64,000 nt of DNA from Oscillospiraceae bacterium (GTDB taxonomy: Bacteria > Bacillota > Clostridia > Oscillospirales > Acutalibacteraceae): the NCBI GenBank assembly GCA_015066445.1, contig SVOK01000006.1:4766-68765 (forward strand), given 5' to 3'. The position numbers and the translations under genes were made by a program. A model generated the notes under the pieces. That model saw only the letters and a list, made by a program, of their open reading frames with translations, was not told the origin of the DNA and did no database searches. Each line of letters starts with the position of its first letter. The stretch's first letter is position 1. Shown here in pieces: positions 9,878-18,979 of this stretch.

Positions 9878-10576
9878 ATGTCCTTATATTCCCGAGAGAG
9901 TCAATACATAAATATTTTAGCAAACAGCCCGCACACCGTAAAAGAGCTTTCCGAAAAGCTCTTTATAAGCGAGCCAACAGTCAGGCGGGATATTATTTTA
10001 TTGCAAAAAAAAGAGCTCCTGACCTGCAAACGGGGATTAGTAACCCTTAAAAGTAACTCACCCGACAGACGTATTCCGCTATTCATAAGAAACCTTGAAC
10101 AGAATGAAGAAAAGAAAGCTATAGCAATAAAGGCTGTTTCGCATATTAAAGACGGTTTTACAATTATGTTGGACGCCTCAACAACAGCCCTACATATAAT
10201 TCCTTATTTAACAAACTTTAAGAATATATTAGTAATAACCAACGGTGCTAAAACCGCTTTAGAAGCAGCATCAATGGGAATTAAAACTATTTCAACGGGT
10301 GGCGAAATGACTCTCGAATCCTTTTGTTATGTAGGCGCAGATGCCGAATCGCTTTTGCAGCAGTATAATGCTGATATTGCTTTTTTCTCCTGTCGTGGCC
10401 TTACAAGTGACGGGTTAGCCACCGATACCTCGGTTTTAGAAAATTCCATTCGTAAAATTATGATACGCAACTCTTCACATAGCTTTTTGTTATGCGATAA
10501 AAGCAAGCTTGGAAATCGCTACCTCAATACCCTTTGTGATGTAAAACAATTAGACGGCGTTATAACCAATGTATAA
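9878..10576 (+). CDS. DeoR-family transcriptional regulator
   Basis: N-terminal wHTH VKELSEKLFISEPTVRRDIILLQKKELL plus a DeoR-type C-terminal sensor region. ATG 9878 is preceded by AAAAGAGGTG. The track ORF starts at an upstream TTG (9857) that overlaps the RBS. Confidence 0.85.
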   Translation: MSLYSRESQYINILANSPHTVKELSEKLFISEPTVRRDIILLQKKELLTCKRGLVTLKSNSPDRRIPLFIRNLEQNEEKKAIAIKAVSHIKDGFTIMLDASTTALHIIPYLTNFKNILVITNGAKTALEAASMGIKTISTGGEMTLESFCYVGADAESLLQQYNADIAFFSCRGLTSDGLATDTSVLENSIRKIMIRNSSHSFLLCDKSKLGNRYLNTLCDVKQLDGVITNV

Positions 10577-10580
10577 ATTA

Positions 10581-10617
10581 AAGGTATGGCTTAATTTAAT
10601 ACGCCATACCTTTTTTA
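10581..10617. terminator. terminator hairpin between convergent genes
   Basis: AAGGTATGGC (10581-10590) pairs with GCCATACCTT (10603-10612), then a T-run. Confidence 0.7.
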
Positions 10618-10627
10618 CTTTCAAGCT

Positions 10628-11428
10628 TTAAATATAATCCTTAACAAACTCATTGTTATATAATGTGTAAACAAACTCGAAACCTATGTCCTTTAAAAGC
10701 TTTTTTGCATCACTGAAACCGAAATCAAGTGTATCTGCGCTATGGCTGTCAGAGGATAAAATAACCCTGCCGCCCTCTTTTTTAATCAAATGAAGCAGAT
10801 TTTCATTCGGATATGGTGTTGTTCTGTAACCCCTTGAAATAGCACCTGTGTTAACTTCAAAAAGAACATCTGCCTTTAAGGCTTGTTTTAAATACTTTTC
10901 TGAAATTTGTATGTAGCCTTTATCCTCTAAAAATAGGGATTTATCTAACTCATCAAACTTTGTTATCAAATCGAAGTGACCTATAATATCAGGCTTTCTT
11001 TTGTTGATATAATCGCAAAAACGGCTGTAATAATCGTTAGCTAAGGTATGAATATCACCGCCGTAGACTTTAAGACATTCTTTAAAATAATCATAATCAG
11101 AATCAATAGGATAATATTTATCCCCGATATTAAAATAATGCGAGGAGCCGATAATATAATCAAAATCGGCTCTGTTTACATGGCAAAAGGCGTCTTCCTC
11201 GATGCCTAAATAAACCTGAATTTTATTTTTGTATTCTTCCCTAAGCCGCCTGATTTCGGCTATGTAACCGTCAGTATTTTTCATACAGTAGCGCAAATCG
11301 AAGTCAGTATACCCGTGACCCGAAAATCCAACCGACGAAAAGCCTCTTTCTACCGCACTTTTAACTATTTCTTCAGGTGTATTTACACCGTCGCAAAAGG
11401 CAGAATGTGTATGTAAATTGCTAAGCAT
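10628..11428 (-). CDS. PHP-family histidinol-phosphatase (HisJ/HisK type)
   Basis: N-terminal LHTHSAFCDG plus downstream GHFDL and SDSHS metal-ligand motifs. 266 aa. Confidence 0.82.
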   Translation of the reverse strand: MLSNLHTHSAFCDGVNTPEEIVKSAVERGFSSVGFSGHGYTDFDLRYCMKNTDGYIAEIRRLREEYKNKIQVYLGIEEDAFCHVNRADFDYIIGSSHYFNIGDKYYPIDSDYDYFKECLKVYGGDIHTLANDYYSRFCDYINKRKPDIIGHFDLITKFDELDKSLFLEDKGYIQISEKYLKQALKADVLFEVNTGAISRGYRTTPYPNENLLHLIKKEGGRVILSSDSHSADTLDFGFSDAKKLLKDIGFEFVYTLYNNEFVKDYI

Positions 11429-12065
11429 TTTTATTCATCCTTTTAATACAAAAAATAACTAAATCTATTCCTAAGGTTTTTATAAGTAAGCCTATAACCG
11501 AGCTTACAGCAATTGTAAGTCCCGATAAAACACCGCCTACAATAACTATTAGTATATCTGTAATAAGCAGCGCTTTTCCAATATTTATATTAGAAAACTT
11601 TCTTACAATAAGGGCAATAACATCTGTACCGCCCGAGCTTGAATTACAGTAAAACATAATACCGCTTGCCACTGCTATTATTGCCGCTCCAACAATAGCA
11701 GATATATAAGGATTAGGGATAACTGGTGATTTTAAGATAATTACTTTCTCTATTACCGCTACTGAAGCAGTAGTAAGCACAGAGCCCACAAGTGTTTTTA
11801 CCGCCATTTCCTTACCAAGAACAATAAACGCCAATACTATAAGCGCAGTATTTATCACAGTTAAAATCATTCCGGGAGAAAAATCAATAAATGAATTAAG
11901 TATTACCGAAATTCCGCTCGTGCCGCCTAATAGCAGCGAGTTTGGGAATATGAACAAAACTGTGCTTAAGGCATAAAGAATACTTCCTATAAGTATAAAT
12001 AGATAGCTTATTATTTCCTTAATAAGCCGATTTTCGCATTTTGTTTTCAATTCTAATCGCTCCAA
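11421..12065 (-). CDS. YitT-family integral membrane protein
   Basis: Hydrophobic throughout. Contains the LLLGGTSGISVILN and SSGGTDVIALI motifs typical of YitT. Overlaps the downstream gene by 8 nt. Confidence 0.72.
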   Translation of the reverse strand: MERLELKTKCENRLIKEIISYLFILIGSILYALSTVLFIFPNSLLLGGTSGISVILNSFIDFSPGMILTVINTALIVLAFIVLGKEMAVKTLVGSVLTTASVAVIEKVIILKSPVIPNPYISAIVGAAIIAVASGIMFYCNSSSGGTDVIALIVRKFSNINIGKALLITDILIVIVGGVLSGLTIAVSSVIGLLIKTLGIDLVIFCIKRMNKNA

Positions 12066-12080
12066 AGTATAGCCGCAATC

Positions 12081-13367
12081 TTATGTTTTATTTTTAGAGC
12101 TAAAGCTCCTAATTATAAACGGAAGCGTAAATATAACCGCAACTGCAGCGGCTAAAAATATATTTTTATCAGGCACAAAGGATGTTGTACCGTCATTATT
12201 AATAATAACCTCTGCATTTTCGAGCACCTTTTTGCCTATCATAGGTCCTACCACTCCGGGGATTAGCACCTGAGAAAAAATTCTTATTCCCTGAAGTCTT
12301 CCAGCCTTGCCCGCAGGGGTATTATCTCTTATTGCTGCACCAAAAACCGCCATTGATGAAAGATAACCGCTCATCATCAAAAGAGAGCCCACAAACACCG
12401 GCAATGTGGCTTTTGTGAAATAAAGCAAGATATATCCTAAAAGTAAAACCGTTATTGATATGGCTGCGGAAAAGCTAAAGCCCTTTTTATCGTAAACCTT
12501 GCCCCATACAGCCGTTACAACCGATGCAATAATTATTGCAGGCGCCATTATAAGTACGTAATTGCTCATTTTTAGGGTAACTTCATAATAAATTATGAGA
12601 TAGGGCATAAAAATCTGAATAGAAATATTAAATATTATAAAGCAGGCTAAATATATGTAAAGCTTTAGATTTTCTTTTATGGTTTTTGGTCTGAAGCCAT
12701 AAATAATTCCGCCTATATATGAGTCTTTTACAGGTTTTACATCTGGCTCCTTTATTATGAAAAAGCCTAAAATACCAACAGCGGTTACAACTCCTCCGAT
12801 AATAGCAAAAATAAGACTCCAGCTTGATGCTTTTTCTAAATCAAAAAACATAAAACCTCCAAACACTACAAGAATGCTGACAAGCGGCATCATAGCATTT
12901 ATACCCTCTGCCGCTCCCCTGTTAGAGGAATCGGTAGAATCGGTAAGCCAAGCGTTAAACGCCGCATCGTTAGCAGTAGAGCCGAAAAAGGTCATAACAC
13001 AGTCGAGAATAATAGTAAGGCTTACTCCCACCGTCATAGCAGAAACCGTTAAACCCAAAGTCTTGCTTATTAAATCCTCACGTAAGAATATAAAGCTTAA
13101 TATGGATATTCCCCAAAGAATATAACCGCCGCAAATAAACAGCTTCCGCTTTCCTATTTTATCAGATAAAGCGCCCATAAATATTGTTGTTACTGTAGCT
13201 GTAACAGCAGAAGCTGCAACCATATTGGAAATATCCGCCGCAGTAGCGCTGAACATTTTATATATAAAAACATTAAAATACATATTCTCAACCACCCAGG
13301 CTATCTGCCCCATAAGGCTGAAAATAGTAAGACTGAGCCAAAAACGGCCTCCAAGCTTAGCTTTCAT
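12081..13367 (-). CDS. MFS-type transporter
   Basis: 428 aa with about a dozen hydrophobic segments and a central basic loop. RBS AAGAGGAGAAG lies upstream of the ATG. Confidence 0.78.
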   Translation of the reverse strand: MKAKLGGRFWLSLTIFSLMGQIAWVVENMYFNVFIYKMFSATAADISNMVAASAVTATVTTIFMGALSDKIGKRKLFICGGYILWGISILSFIFLREDLISKTLGLTVSAMTVGVSLTIILDCVMTFFGSTANDAAFNAWLTDSTDSSNRGAAEGINAMMPLVSILVVFGGFMFFDLEKASSWSLIFAIIGGVVTAVGILGFFIIKEPDVKPVKDSYIGGIIYGFRPKTIKENLKLYIYLACFIIFNISIQIFMPYLIIYYEVTLKMSNYVLIMAPAIIIASVVTAVWGKVYDKKGFSFSAAISITVLLLGYILLYFTKATLPVFVGSLLMMSGYLSSMAVFGAAIRDNTPAGKAGRLQGIRIFSQVLIPGVVGPMIGKKVLENAEVIINNDGTTSFVPDKNIFLAAAVAVIFTLPFIIRSFSSKNKT

Positions 13368-13384
13368 TACTTCTCCTCTTTTCG

Positions 13385-13462
13385 TTCATTGCAATGAAAA
13401 TTTGTGACCAAATCCAAGATTTGGTGTCGAAATAGTGTAAATCCACACTATTTCGACTTTTT
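13385..13462 (-). promoter_or_regulatory. structured 5' leader of the MFS operon (three stem-loops including a 14-nt perfect palindrome)
   Basis: TTCATTGCAATGAA (13385-13398). ACCAAATC/GATTTGGT (13407-13425). 13-bp stem GTCGAAATAGTGT/ACACTATTTCGAC (13426-13457). Confidence 0.4.
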
Positions 13463-13468
13463 ATAACC

Positions 13469-13497
13469 ATTATACCACATTAAAACCCGATAGTAAA
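13469..13497 (-). promoter_or_regulatory. candidate promoter of MFS operon
   Basis: Read on the minus strand: TTTACT, 17 nt, TATAAT, with an upstream TG. Confidence 0.4.
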
Positions 13498-13522
13498 ACA
13501 TTTTATCTCAATAAAAAATTTG

Positions 13523-13551
13523 TTGAAAAGAATATAATATAATGCTATAAT
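13523..13551 (+). promoter_or_regulatory. candidate promoter of 13576 gene
   Basis: -35 TTGAAA (13523-13528), 17-nt spacer, TGcTATAAT (13543-13551). Confidence 0.5.
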
Positions 13552-13575
13552 ATAAAAAAATGTTGGAGGTTTGCT

Positions 13576-14310
13576 ATGTACTGTCCTTATTGTAATTCTA
13601 CACTTCCTGAAAATGCCACTTTCTGCTCAGTATGCGGCAAAAATGTTACATATTCTCAAAACTACCAATCCGCATTACAGCAACAGCAGGAGCAAAATAA
13701 CGCTATTCGCCAAGGCGAAATCAGTAAGCTCAGCTCATTAATGCAGCATTTTTCAGCAAAGCAGGCTCAGTTTGATGCTTATGATGACCTTTGCCGAAAA
13801 ATTAATCATTATGCAAAGGGAGCTAAAAGCGCATTGCTTGTTTGGGGCTGTATAATAACCACCTTCAGCCTTATTATGTTAGCGGCTCTCACAAGCGATT
13901 CATCATTTGATACAGCCGAGGATTTTGCAGTATTTTTTGCTATTTTCCTATTGCCTGGCATACTTATGATAATCGGTGGAATTCTTATGAAGGTACTAAA
14001 CCGCAAGCATCTACACCGCTTTGAGGAAGAATATATGTATCTTTCGGTTGAGCTTTATACCCATTATGTGGCCTATCCCAATTGTCCTATTAGCGCCGAA
14101 TATACTAACCCCCGTGTTATTGCAGCAATGCTCAGGATATTGCAGTCAGGTTGCTGTAACACCTTACAGGAAAGTATGAGCCTTATGTTGGCAAATACCA
14201 ATCATAACGCCCTTAACCGTTATCTAAGCATTACTCAGCAGAACACTGCTTCAATTAATATGCAAACCCGTGTGCCTGTTTTGTTTATGCCCTCCTATCT
14301 TTTTAAATAA
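13576..14310 (+). CDS. zinc-ribbon membrane protein, function unknown
   Basis: N-terminal CPYC..x..CSVC ribbon, a Q-rich linker, and two hydrophobic segments. RBS GGAGG at 13565-13569. Confidence 0.6.
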   Translation: MYCPYCNSTLPENATFCSVCGKNVTYSQNYQSALQQQQEQNNAIRQGEISKLSSLMQHFSAKQAQFDAYDDLCRKINHYAKGAKSALLVWGCIITTFSLIMLAALTSDSSFDTAEDFAVFFAIFLLPGILMIIGGILMKVLNRKHLHRFEEEYMYLSVELYTHYVAYPNCPISAEYTNPRVIAAMLRILQSGCCNTLQESMSLMLANTNHNALNRYLSITQQNTASINMQTRVPVLFMPSYLFK

Positions 14311-14328
14311 TCGTTTCTTATAACATAA

Positions 14329-14366
14329 AAGCTACGGCAATAAGTTTCATCTTATTGCCGTAGCTT
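14329..14366. terminator. bidirectional terminator hairpin
   Basis: 16-bp perfect stem AAGCTACGGCAATAAG / CTTATTGCCGTAGCTT with a 6-nt loop. Confidence 0.75.
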
Positions 14367-14369
14367 ATT

Positions 14370-16031
14370 TTAAATTTCTTTTTCTATATGTAAAATTTTA
14401 TCGCAAACCTTAAGGCTTGTATTTCTGTGGGTTACAAAAAGAATGGTTTTACCTTCCATTTCCTTTATATTATTAAGAACCTTGGTTTCGGTAGCCTCGT
14501 CCAAAGCAGAGGTAGCCTCGTCCAACAAGAGAACAGGCGCATCTGTAAGAAGCGCACGGGCTATAGAAATTCTTTGAAGCTGACCCTCGGATAAACCGCC
14601 GCCACGCTCCGAAAGCTCGGTTTCAAAGCCATCGGGTAAAGCAGATATAATATCATAAATCTCAGCCGCCTTGGTAGCCTTGATTATTTCTTCCTCGCTG
14701 ACATTATCGTTGCAAATAGTGAGGTTTTCTCTTACAGTTCCCGAAAGAATCATATTTCCCTGCGGAACATAAGCAAATATACCCCTTAGTGAAGTATCAA
14801 GCGGAATGCTTCCGTTTACGGTGATACTGCCGCTTTGCGCCTCATAAAGACCAAGCAAAAGCTTAAATATTGTGCTTTTGCCGCTACCCGATTCACCTGT
14901 AACAGCGGTGATTTTTGCCTTTTCAACCGACAAATTCAAATTTTTTAAAATAATTTCGTCCTTATAAGCAAAGGTAATATTATTAAGCTCTATACCGCAG
15001 AAGTTCTTTTTGATTTCCGTAAGAGTTTCATTTTTGGTTGCTTTATCCATAGTTCCGTTTTCTATTTCCATAAGCCGCTCTGCGGAAGCTAATGCAGAAT
15101 AATATTGCGGAAGTATTGCTGAAACATTCTGAAGAGGTGCTCTTAGCTGTTGGAACAATTGCAAAAACGCCGTAAGCATACCAAAGGTGAAAGCAGCTCC
15201 CGAATGAATTTGAGTTGCGCCCCAAAGCAGAACAGCATAATATCCGAGAGTAAAAAAGGTATACATACCCATATGCATCACAACAGAGACTCTGCAACGC
15301 TTCATTTTGGCACGGTAACTGGAATTTAAATATTGACCGAGTTTGCGTGTAAACGGGGCTTCTCCTTCAAATGCTTTTAAAACCACTATATTCTCAAAGC
15401 ATTCCTGCATAAAGGATCTTGCCTTACCCTCAGCTTTTTGAACATCTTTATGAAGCTTTTTAAATCTTTTGCTTAATGTTCTTCCAAGAGCAGGAACCGC
15501 AATGCCAAAAACCAGCACCAACAAGGCTATTCGCTTATCTAAAACAATAAGTGCTGCCATACCGCCTATAATTTTAGCGCCCATAGATGCAATATTAGGT
15601 AGGATATTAACCACCGCTCCGGTCACAACATCAACGTCCGATGTCAGACGATTCAACAAATCTCCCGAATGGTATTCCGATATTTCTGAATATTTTCTCC
15701 TGCTTATAGCTGTAAAAAGCTTATTTCTTATTGATATATTTATTTTTATATCGGTATAGCATTTAATCAAAGTATCTGCTATATGTAACACTATCTGTAT
15801 AACTATTACAGAAACAAGTAATATTCCGTAATGAAGCAAGCTTCCCTCTCGGTCATTAGTTGCAATTTCCAAAACATTCTTTGATATCATTGCCAATGCT
15901 ACAGCTAACACGGAAATTGCCGCCGAAACAAAACTTATTGTAACAACTGCAGGAATATGTCTTTTGCAGGTTCTGTATATCCACAAAAGCGAGCTTTTGT
16001 TATTATCTCTTTTTTTATTCGATGATACCAT
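14370..16031 (-). CDS. fused TMD-NBD ABC exporter (type I exporter half-transporter)
   Basis: Walker A GESGSGKST, signature LSEGQLQR, Walker B LLLDEATSALD. N-terminal multi-TM domain with no C39 peptidase domain. Confidence 0.9.
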   Translation of the reverse strand: MVSSNKKRDNNKSSLLWIYRTCKRHIPAVVTISFVSAAISVLAVALAMISKNVLEIATNDREGSLLHYGILLVSVIVIQIVLHIADTLIKCYTDIKINISIRNKLFTAISRRKYSEISEYHSGDLLNRLTSDVDVVTGAVVNILPNIASMGAKIIGGMAALIVLDKRIALLVLVFGIAVPALGRTLSKRFKKLHKDVQKAEGKARSFMQECFENIVVLKAFEGEAPFTRKLGQYLNSSYRAKMKRCRVSVVMHMGMYTFFTLGYYAVLLWGATQIHSGAAFTFGMLTAFLQLFQQLRAPLQNVSAILPQYYSALASAERLMEIENGTMDKATKNETLTEIKKNFCGIELNNITFAYKDEIILKNLNLSVEKAKITAVTGESGSGKSTIFKLLLGLYEAQSGSITVNGSIPLDTSLRGIFAYVPQGNMILSGTVRENLTICNDNVSEEEIIKATKAAEIYDIISALPDGFETELSERGGGLSEGQLQRISIARALLTDAPVLLLDEATSALDEATETKVLNNIKEMEGKTILFVTHRNTSLKVCDKILHIEKEI

Positions 16032-16281
16032 TTTCTTTCATCGTGCGTACAAACACATCAATATTGCCAAGCGCAAGAACGGTAGAAATATCAAAATTTT
16101 CTATTAAAGCGTTCAGCATTTCAGTTTTTGTAACGTCCTTCTCCTTTAATAAATTCCATAAAAACACAGCGGTATCGGCAAGAATGATAGAATTATCAAG
16201 TCTGCCCGATTCCTTACCGCCCAAGGTGACAATATACTGACCTGACTTGCATTTAAGCTCATAACCGCTTTTTATCCTCAA
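16015..16281 (-). CDS. PqqD-family protein (RiPP recognition element-like peptide chaperone)
   Basis: 88 aa. The pattern ILADTAVFLWNLLKEKDVTKTEMLNALIENFDIS...DVFVRTMKENGIIE matches the PqqD winged-helix pattern. TTG start is preceded by GAGGTG. The 3' end overlaps the ABC start by 17 nt. Confidence 0.68.
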   Translation of the reverse strand: MRIKSGYELKCKSGQYIVTLGGKESGRLDNSIILADTAVFLWNLLKEKDVTKTEMLNALIENFDISTVLALGNIDVFVRTMKENGIIE

Positions 16282-16348
16282 AATAACACCTCATTATCTT
16301 CTTTTTATTAACAAAGGGTAAAATTATTATATAACAAAAAAATTTATA

Positions 16349-16378
16349 TTGCAAGTACAACCGCTTTTGTTGTATAAT
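16349..16378 (+). promoter_or_regulatory. candidate promoter
   Basis: -35 TTGCAA (16349-16354), 18-nt spacer, -10 TATAAT (16373-16378). Confidence 0.45.
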
Positions 16379-16447
16379 ACCATTAATGAATAAAGCTTTT
16401 GCTATATTTTACCTTTTTATTATATGTTTTATTTGAGGAGTTATGAC

Positions 16448-16963
16448 ATGGATACTTTTTTTGAACAAATTATTCCAATTAAAAAAACAGGAGCTACCAT
16501 TGCTTCTATTATAGGCATTTGGTTTGCCGCATTAATTCTTTGCGCAGCTTTATATATTTTCGGCTTCTATTTTTTAGGTTCATTAACGCTTTTGCTTATT
16601 GTAGGAATCCTTTACGGTGCATTCAAGCTTTCCACTCTTTTTAATGTGGAGTATGAATATATTGTAACAAACGGCACGATGGATATTGACAAGATAACAA
16701 ACAAAAGCTCACGCAAAAGAATGTTATCCTTTGAGCTTCCAAATGTTACAAGACTCGAAAAATATAATGCTTCAGCTCTTAATAACGTTAACGCCAAATC
16801 GGTTGTTTTTGCCTGCAACGCTACTGACCCAAACGCTTATTTTATGGTTGCTGAAAAAGAGGGCAAGGGAGCATCTTATCTAGTTTTCTCACCTGACGAA
16901 CGTATTAAAGAGGCTTGCATAAAATTCATTCCTAAATTTATTGTAAACAGTGCTTTTAAATAA
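16448..16963 (+). CDS. membrane protein of unknown function
   Basis: ATG 16448 lies 7 nt after GAGGAG. Two N-terminal hydrophobic helices are followed by a soluble domain. Confidence 0.6.
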   Translation: MDTFFEQIIPIKKTGATIASIIGIWFAALILCAALYIFGFYFLGSLTLLLIVGILYGAFKLSTLFNVEYEYIVTNGTMDIDKITNKSSRKRMLSFELPNVTRLEKYNASALNNVNAKSVVFACNATDPNAYFMVAEKEGKGASYLVFSPDERIKEACIKFIPKFIVNSAFK

Positions 16964-16999
16964 TCATTTCAAAATAAAATTTATCCGAGGTGTCGCTCT

Positions 17000-18445
17000 A
17001 TGTCGGTACTGACCGCTGATTTAATAAGAAGGTCGGAGGAAAACGCCGTGACGAGCGGCGCCTTTTCTTTTAAAGAATTAATGCTTACAGCAGGTGAAGC
17101 TGTAGCAAAAATTATTGACAGCAGATATAACTGTCAAAACAAAAAAATCGCCGTTATATGCGGCAACGGTAATAACGGTGGGGACGGCTTTGTTGCCGCA
17201 CGCTGGCTTTACGAACATGGCGCCACGGTTACTGTAATAACACCTATGGGTGAGCCTAAAACCCAAAACGCAATTTATTACTATAACCGTTTAGGTGAAA
17301 TCAAAACATCAGATACCATTACCGACGATTTTGATATTATAATAGATGCTGTTTTCGGCATCGGCCTAAACCGTGCTCCAAGCAAAGAACTGACAGCGCT
17401 TTTTAAAAAAATCAATTCCTCAGCTGCTGTAAAAATAGCGATAGATATTCCCAGCGGCATCGAGGCTGACACAGGCAAAATTTTTGAAACCTGTGTTGAT
17501 GCCGATTTAACTGTTACCTTCATAGCTTTAAAGCCCTGCTTTGTACTGCCTTACGGCTCTGATTATTGCGGAGAGGTGATTGTTGCCGATATAGGCGTAA
17601 AGCCTTGTGGAGAAAGCTTTAAAACAATAAATAAGCCTGTTTTTCCAAAACGCAGGCATAATTCTCACAAAGGAACTTTCGGCACATCACTTTTAATATG
17701 CGGAAGCTACGGTATGGCAGGAGCCGCTATTCTCGCCACACGTGCGGCGTTAAGAAGCGGTGTCGGTATTGCCAAGTGTGTTTTGTGTGACGGGATATAC
17801 TCTGCTTTCACCTCTGCTGTGCCTGAAGCTGTTTGTATTCCTCAAAAACAGAATTCACTCGGCACATTAACAGAGAAAACCGATATATCCGCCCTTTTAA
17901 GTAATTCTTCTGCGCTATTGTTCGGTTGCGGCGTTGGTCAAAGCGAGGATACTTTTAAAATTTTGTCTGATATTATAGAAAAAAGCAATATTCCTACTGT
18001 TATTGATGCGGACGGAATAAATCTGCTTTGCTCTGACATAGAATTATTAAAGAAAAGTAAAGCTCCGTTAATACTTACTCCCCACCCCGGCGAAATGGCT
18101 CGGCTTTGTGGCTGTTCGGTAAAAGATATTGAGACTAACCGAATAGACATAGCAAAAAGCTTTGCAGAGGAATACGGCTGTATACTCGTGCTTAAAGGCG
18201 CAAACACTATTGTCGCTTTACCGCAAGGCGATATATACGTTAACATTAACGGCAACCCCGGCATGGCAACTGGTGGCAGCGGAGATGTTCTGGCAGGCAT
18301 CTTGGTTTCACTTTTAGCGCAAGGATTTGCCCCTGCAAAAGCGGCTTTAGCCGCAGTTTTTCTGCATGGCGAAGCAGGCGATAAGGCGGCTATACGCAAG
18401 GGAGAGAGAGCCATGCTGCCAAGTGATATTATCGAGGAGCTTTAA
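17000..18445 (+). CDS. nnr: bifunctional NAD(P)H-hydrate repair enzyme (epimerase / ADP-dependent dehydratase)
   Basis: YjeF N-terminal motif CGNGNNGGDGFVAA and C-terminal carbohydrate-kinase-like motif GNPGMATGGSGDVLAG. Confidence 0.9.
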   Translation: MSVLTADLIRRSEENAVTSGAFSFKELMLTAGEAVAKIIDSRYNCQNKKIAVICGNGNNGGDGFVAARWLYEHGATVTVITPMGEPKTQNAIYYYNRLGEIKTSDTITDDFDIIIDAVFGIGLNRAPSKELTALFKKINSSAAVKIAIDIPSGIEADTGKIFETCVDADLTVTFIALKPCFVLPYGSDYCGEVIVADIGVKPCGESFKTINKPVFPKRRHNSHKGTFGTSLLICGSYGMAGAAILATRAALRSGVGIAKCVLCDGIYSAFTSAVPEAVCIPQKQNSLGTLTEKTDISALLSNSSALLFGCGVGQSEDTFKILSDIIEKSNIPTVIDADGINLLCSDIELLKKSKAPLILTPHPGEMARLCGCSVKDIETNRIDIAKSFAEEYGCILVLKGANTIVALPQGDIYVNINGNPGMATGGSGDVLAGILVSLLAQGFAPAKAALAAVFLHGEAGDKAAIRKGERAMLPSDIIEEL

Positions 18446-18472
18446 TCTTACTTTTTTAAAGGGAAGCTCTGT

Positions 18473-18979
18473 GTGAAAAAATTTATATACATTTTATTAT
18501 GCCTGTCACTTTTTTTAACAGGCTGTTCAGGAAATAGAAAAAGCTCCGCTGTGACCGCTGTCACCACGGGGCTTTCTTTTACTGCCGAAATAAGTATTTC
18601 CAATACCACTTTTTCCTATTTTGTTGAAATAGCTAAAAGTGGCTCCGTTTCTATGAAAAGTGCAACCGATAACGAAACCTGTGTTGATTATCTTTTTGAA
18701 AACGGAAAAATTATCTATAAATACAATGAACTTGAATATATTGCGGATATATCCTCATTGCCAGAAAGCAATTTTGCAGACTTTATACCCTCAGTATTTG
18801 GTCGTTTAAAGCACATATCCGATAATGTGACTTATAAAAATAATCAGTACTGCATAACCGATAAAACCGGAAAATACGAATTTACTGTATATTTAGGTCA
18901 GACAGGGCTTCCTATTAAAATAACCGATAAAAAGAACAGCATTGTGACAATAATTAAAAACCCCACCCTTATTTCCTGA
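18473..18979 (+). CDS. lipoprotein, function unknown
   Basis: GTG start. Signal peptide with lipobox LFLTGC. Confidence 0.6.
   Translation: MKKFIYILLCLSLFLTGCSGNRKSSAVTAVTTGLSFTAEISISNTTFSYFVEIAKSGSVSMKSATDNETCVDYLFENGKIIYKYNELEYIADISSLPESNFADFIPSVFGRLKHISDNVTYKNNQYCITDKTGKYEFTVYLGQTGLPIKITDKKNSIVTIIKNPTLIS

Noticed and set aside
13426-13462. A 13-bp stem followed by TTTTT on the plus strand, considered as a rho-independent terminator of a plus-strand gene or sRNA.
   Set aside because: There is no plus-strand gene or promoter upstream, because the neighbouring genes run on the minus strand. It fits better as the first hairpin of the minus-strand 5' leader or as a REP-like element. It may incidentally block antisense transcription.
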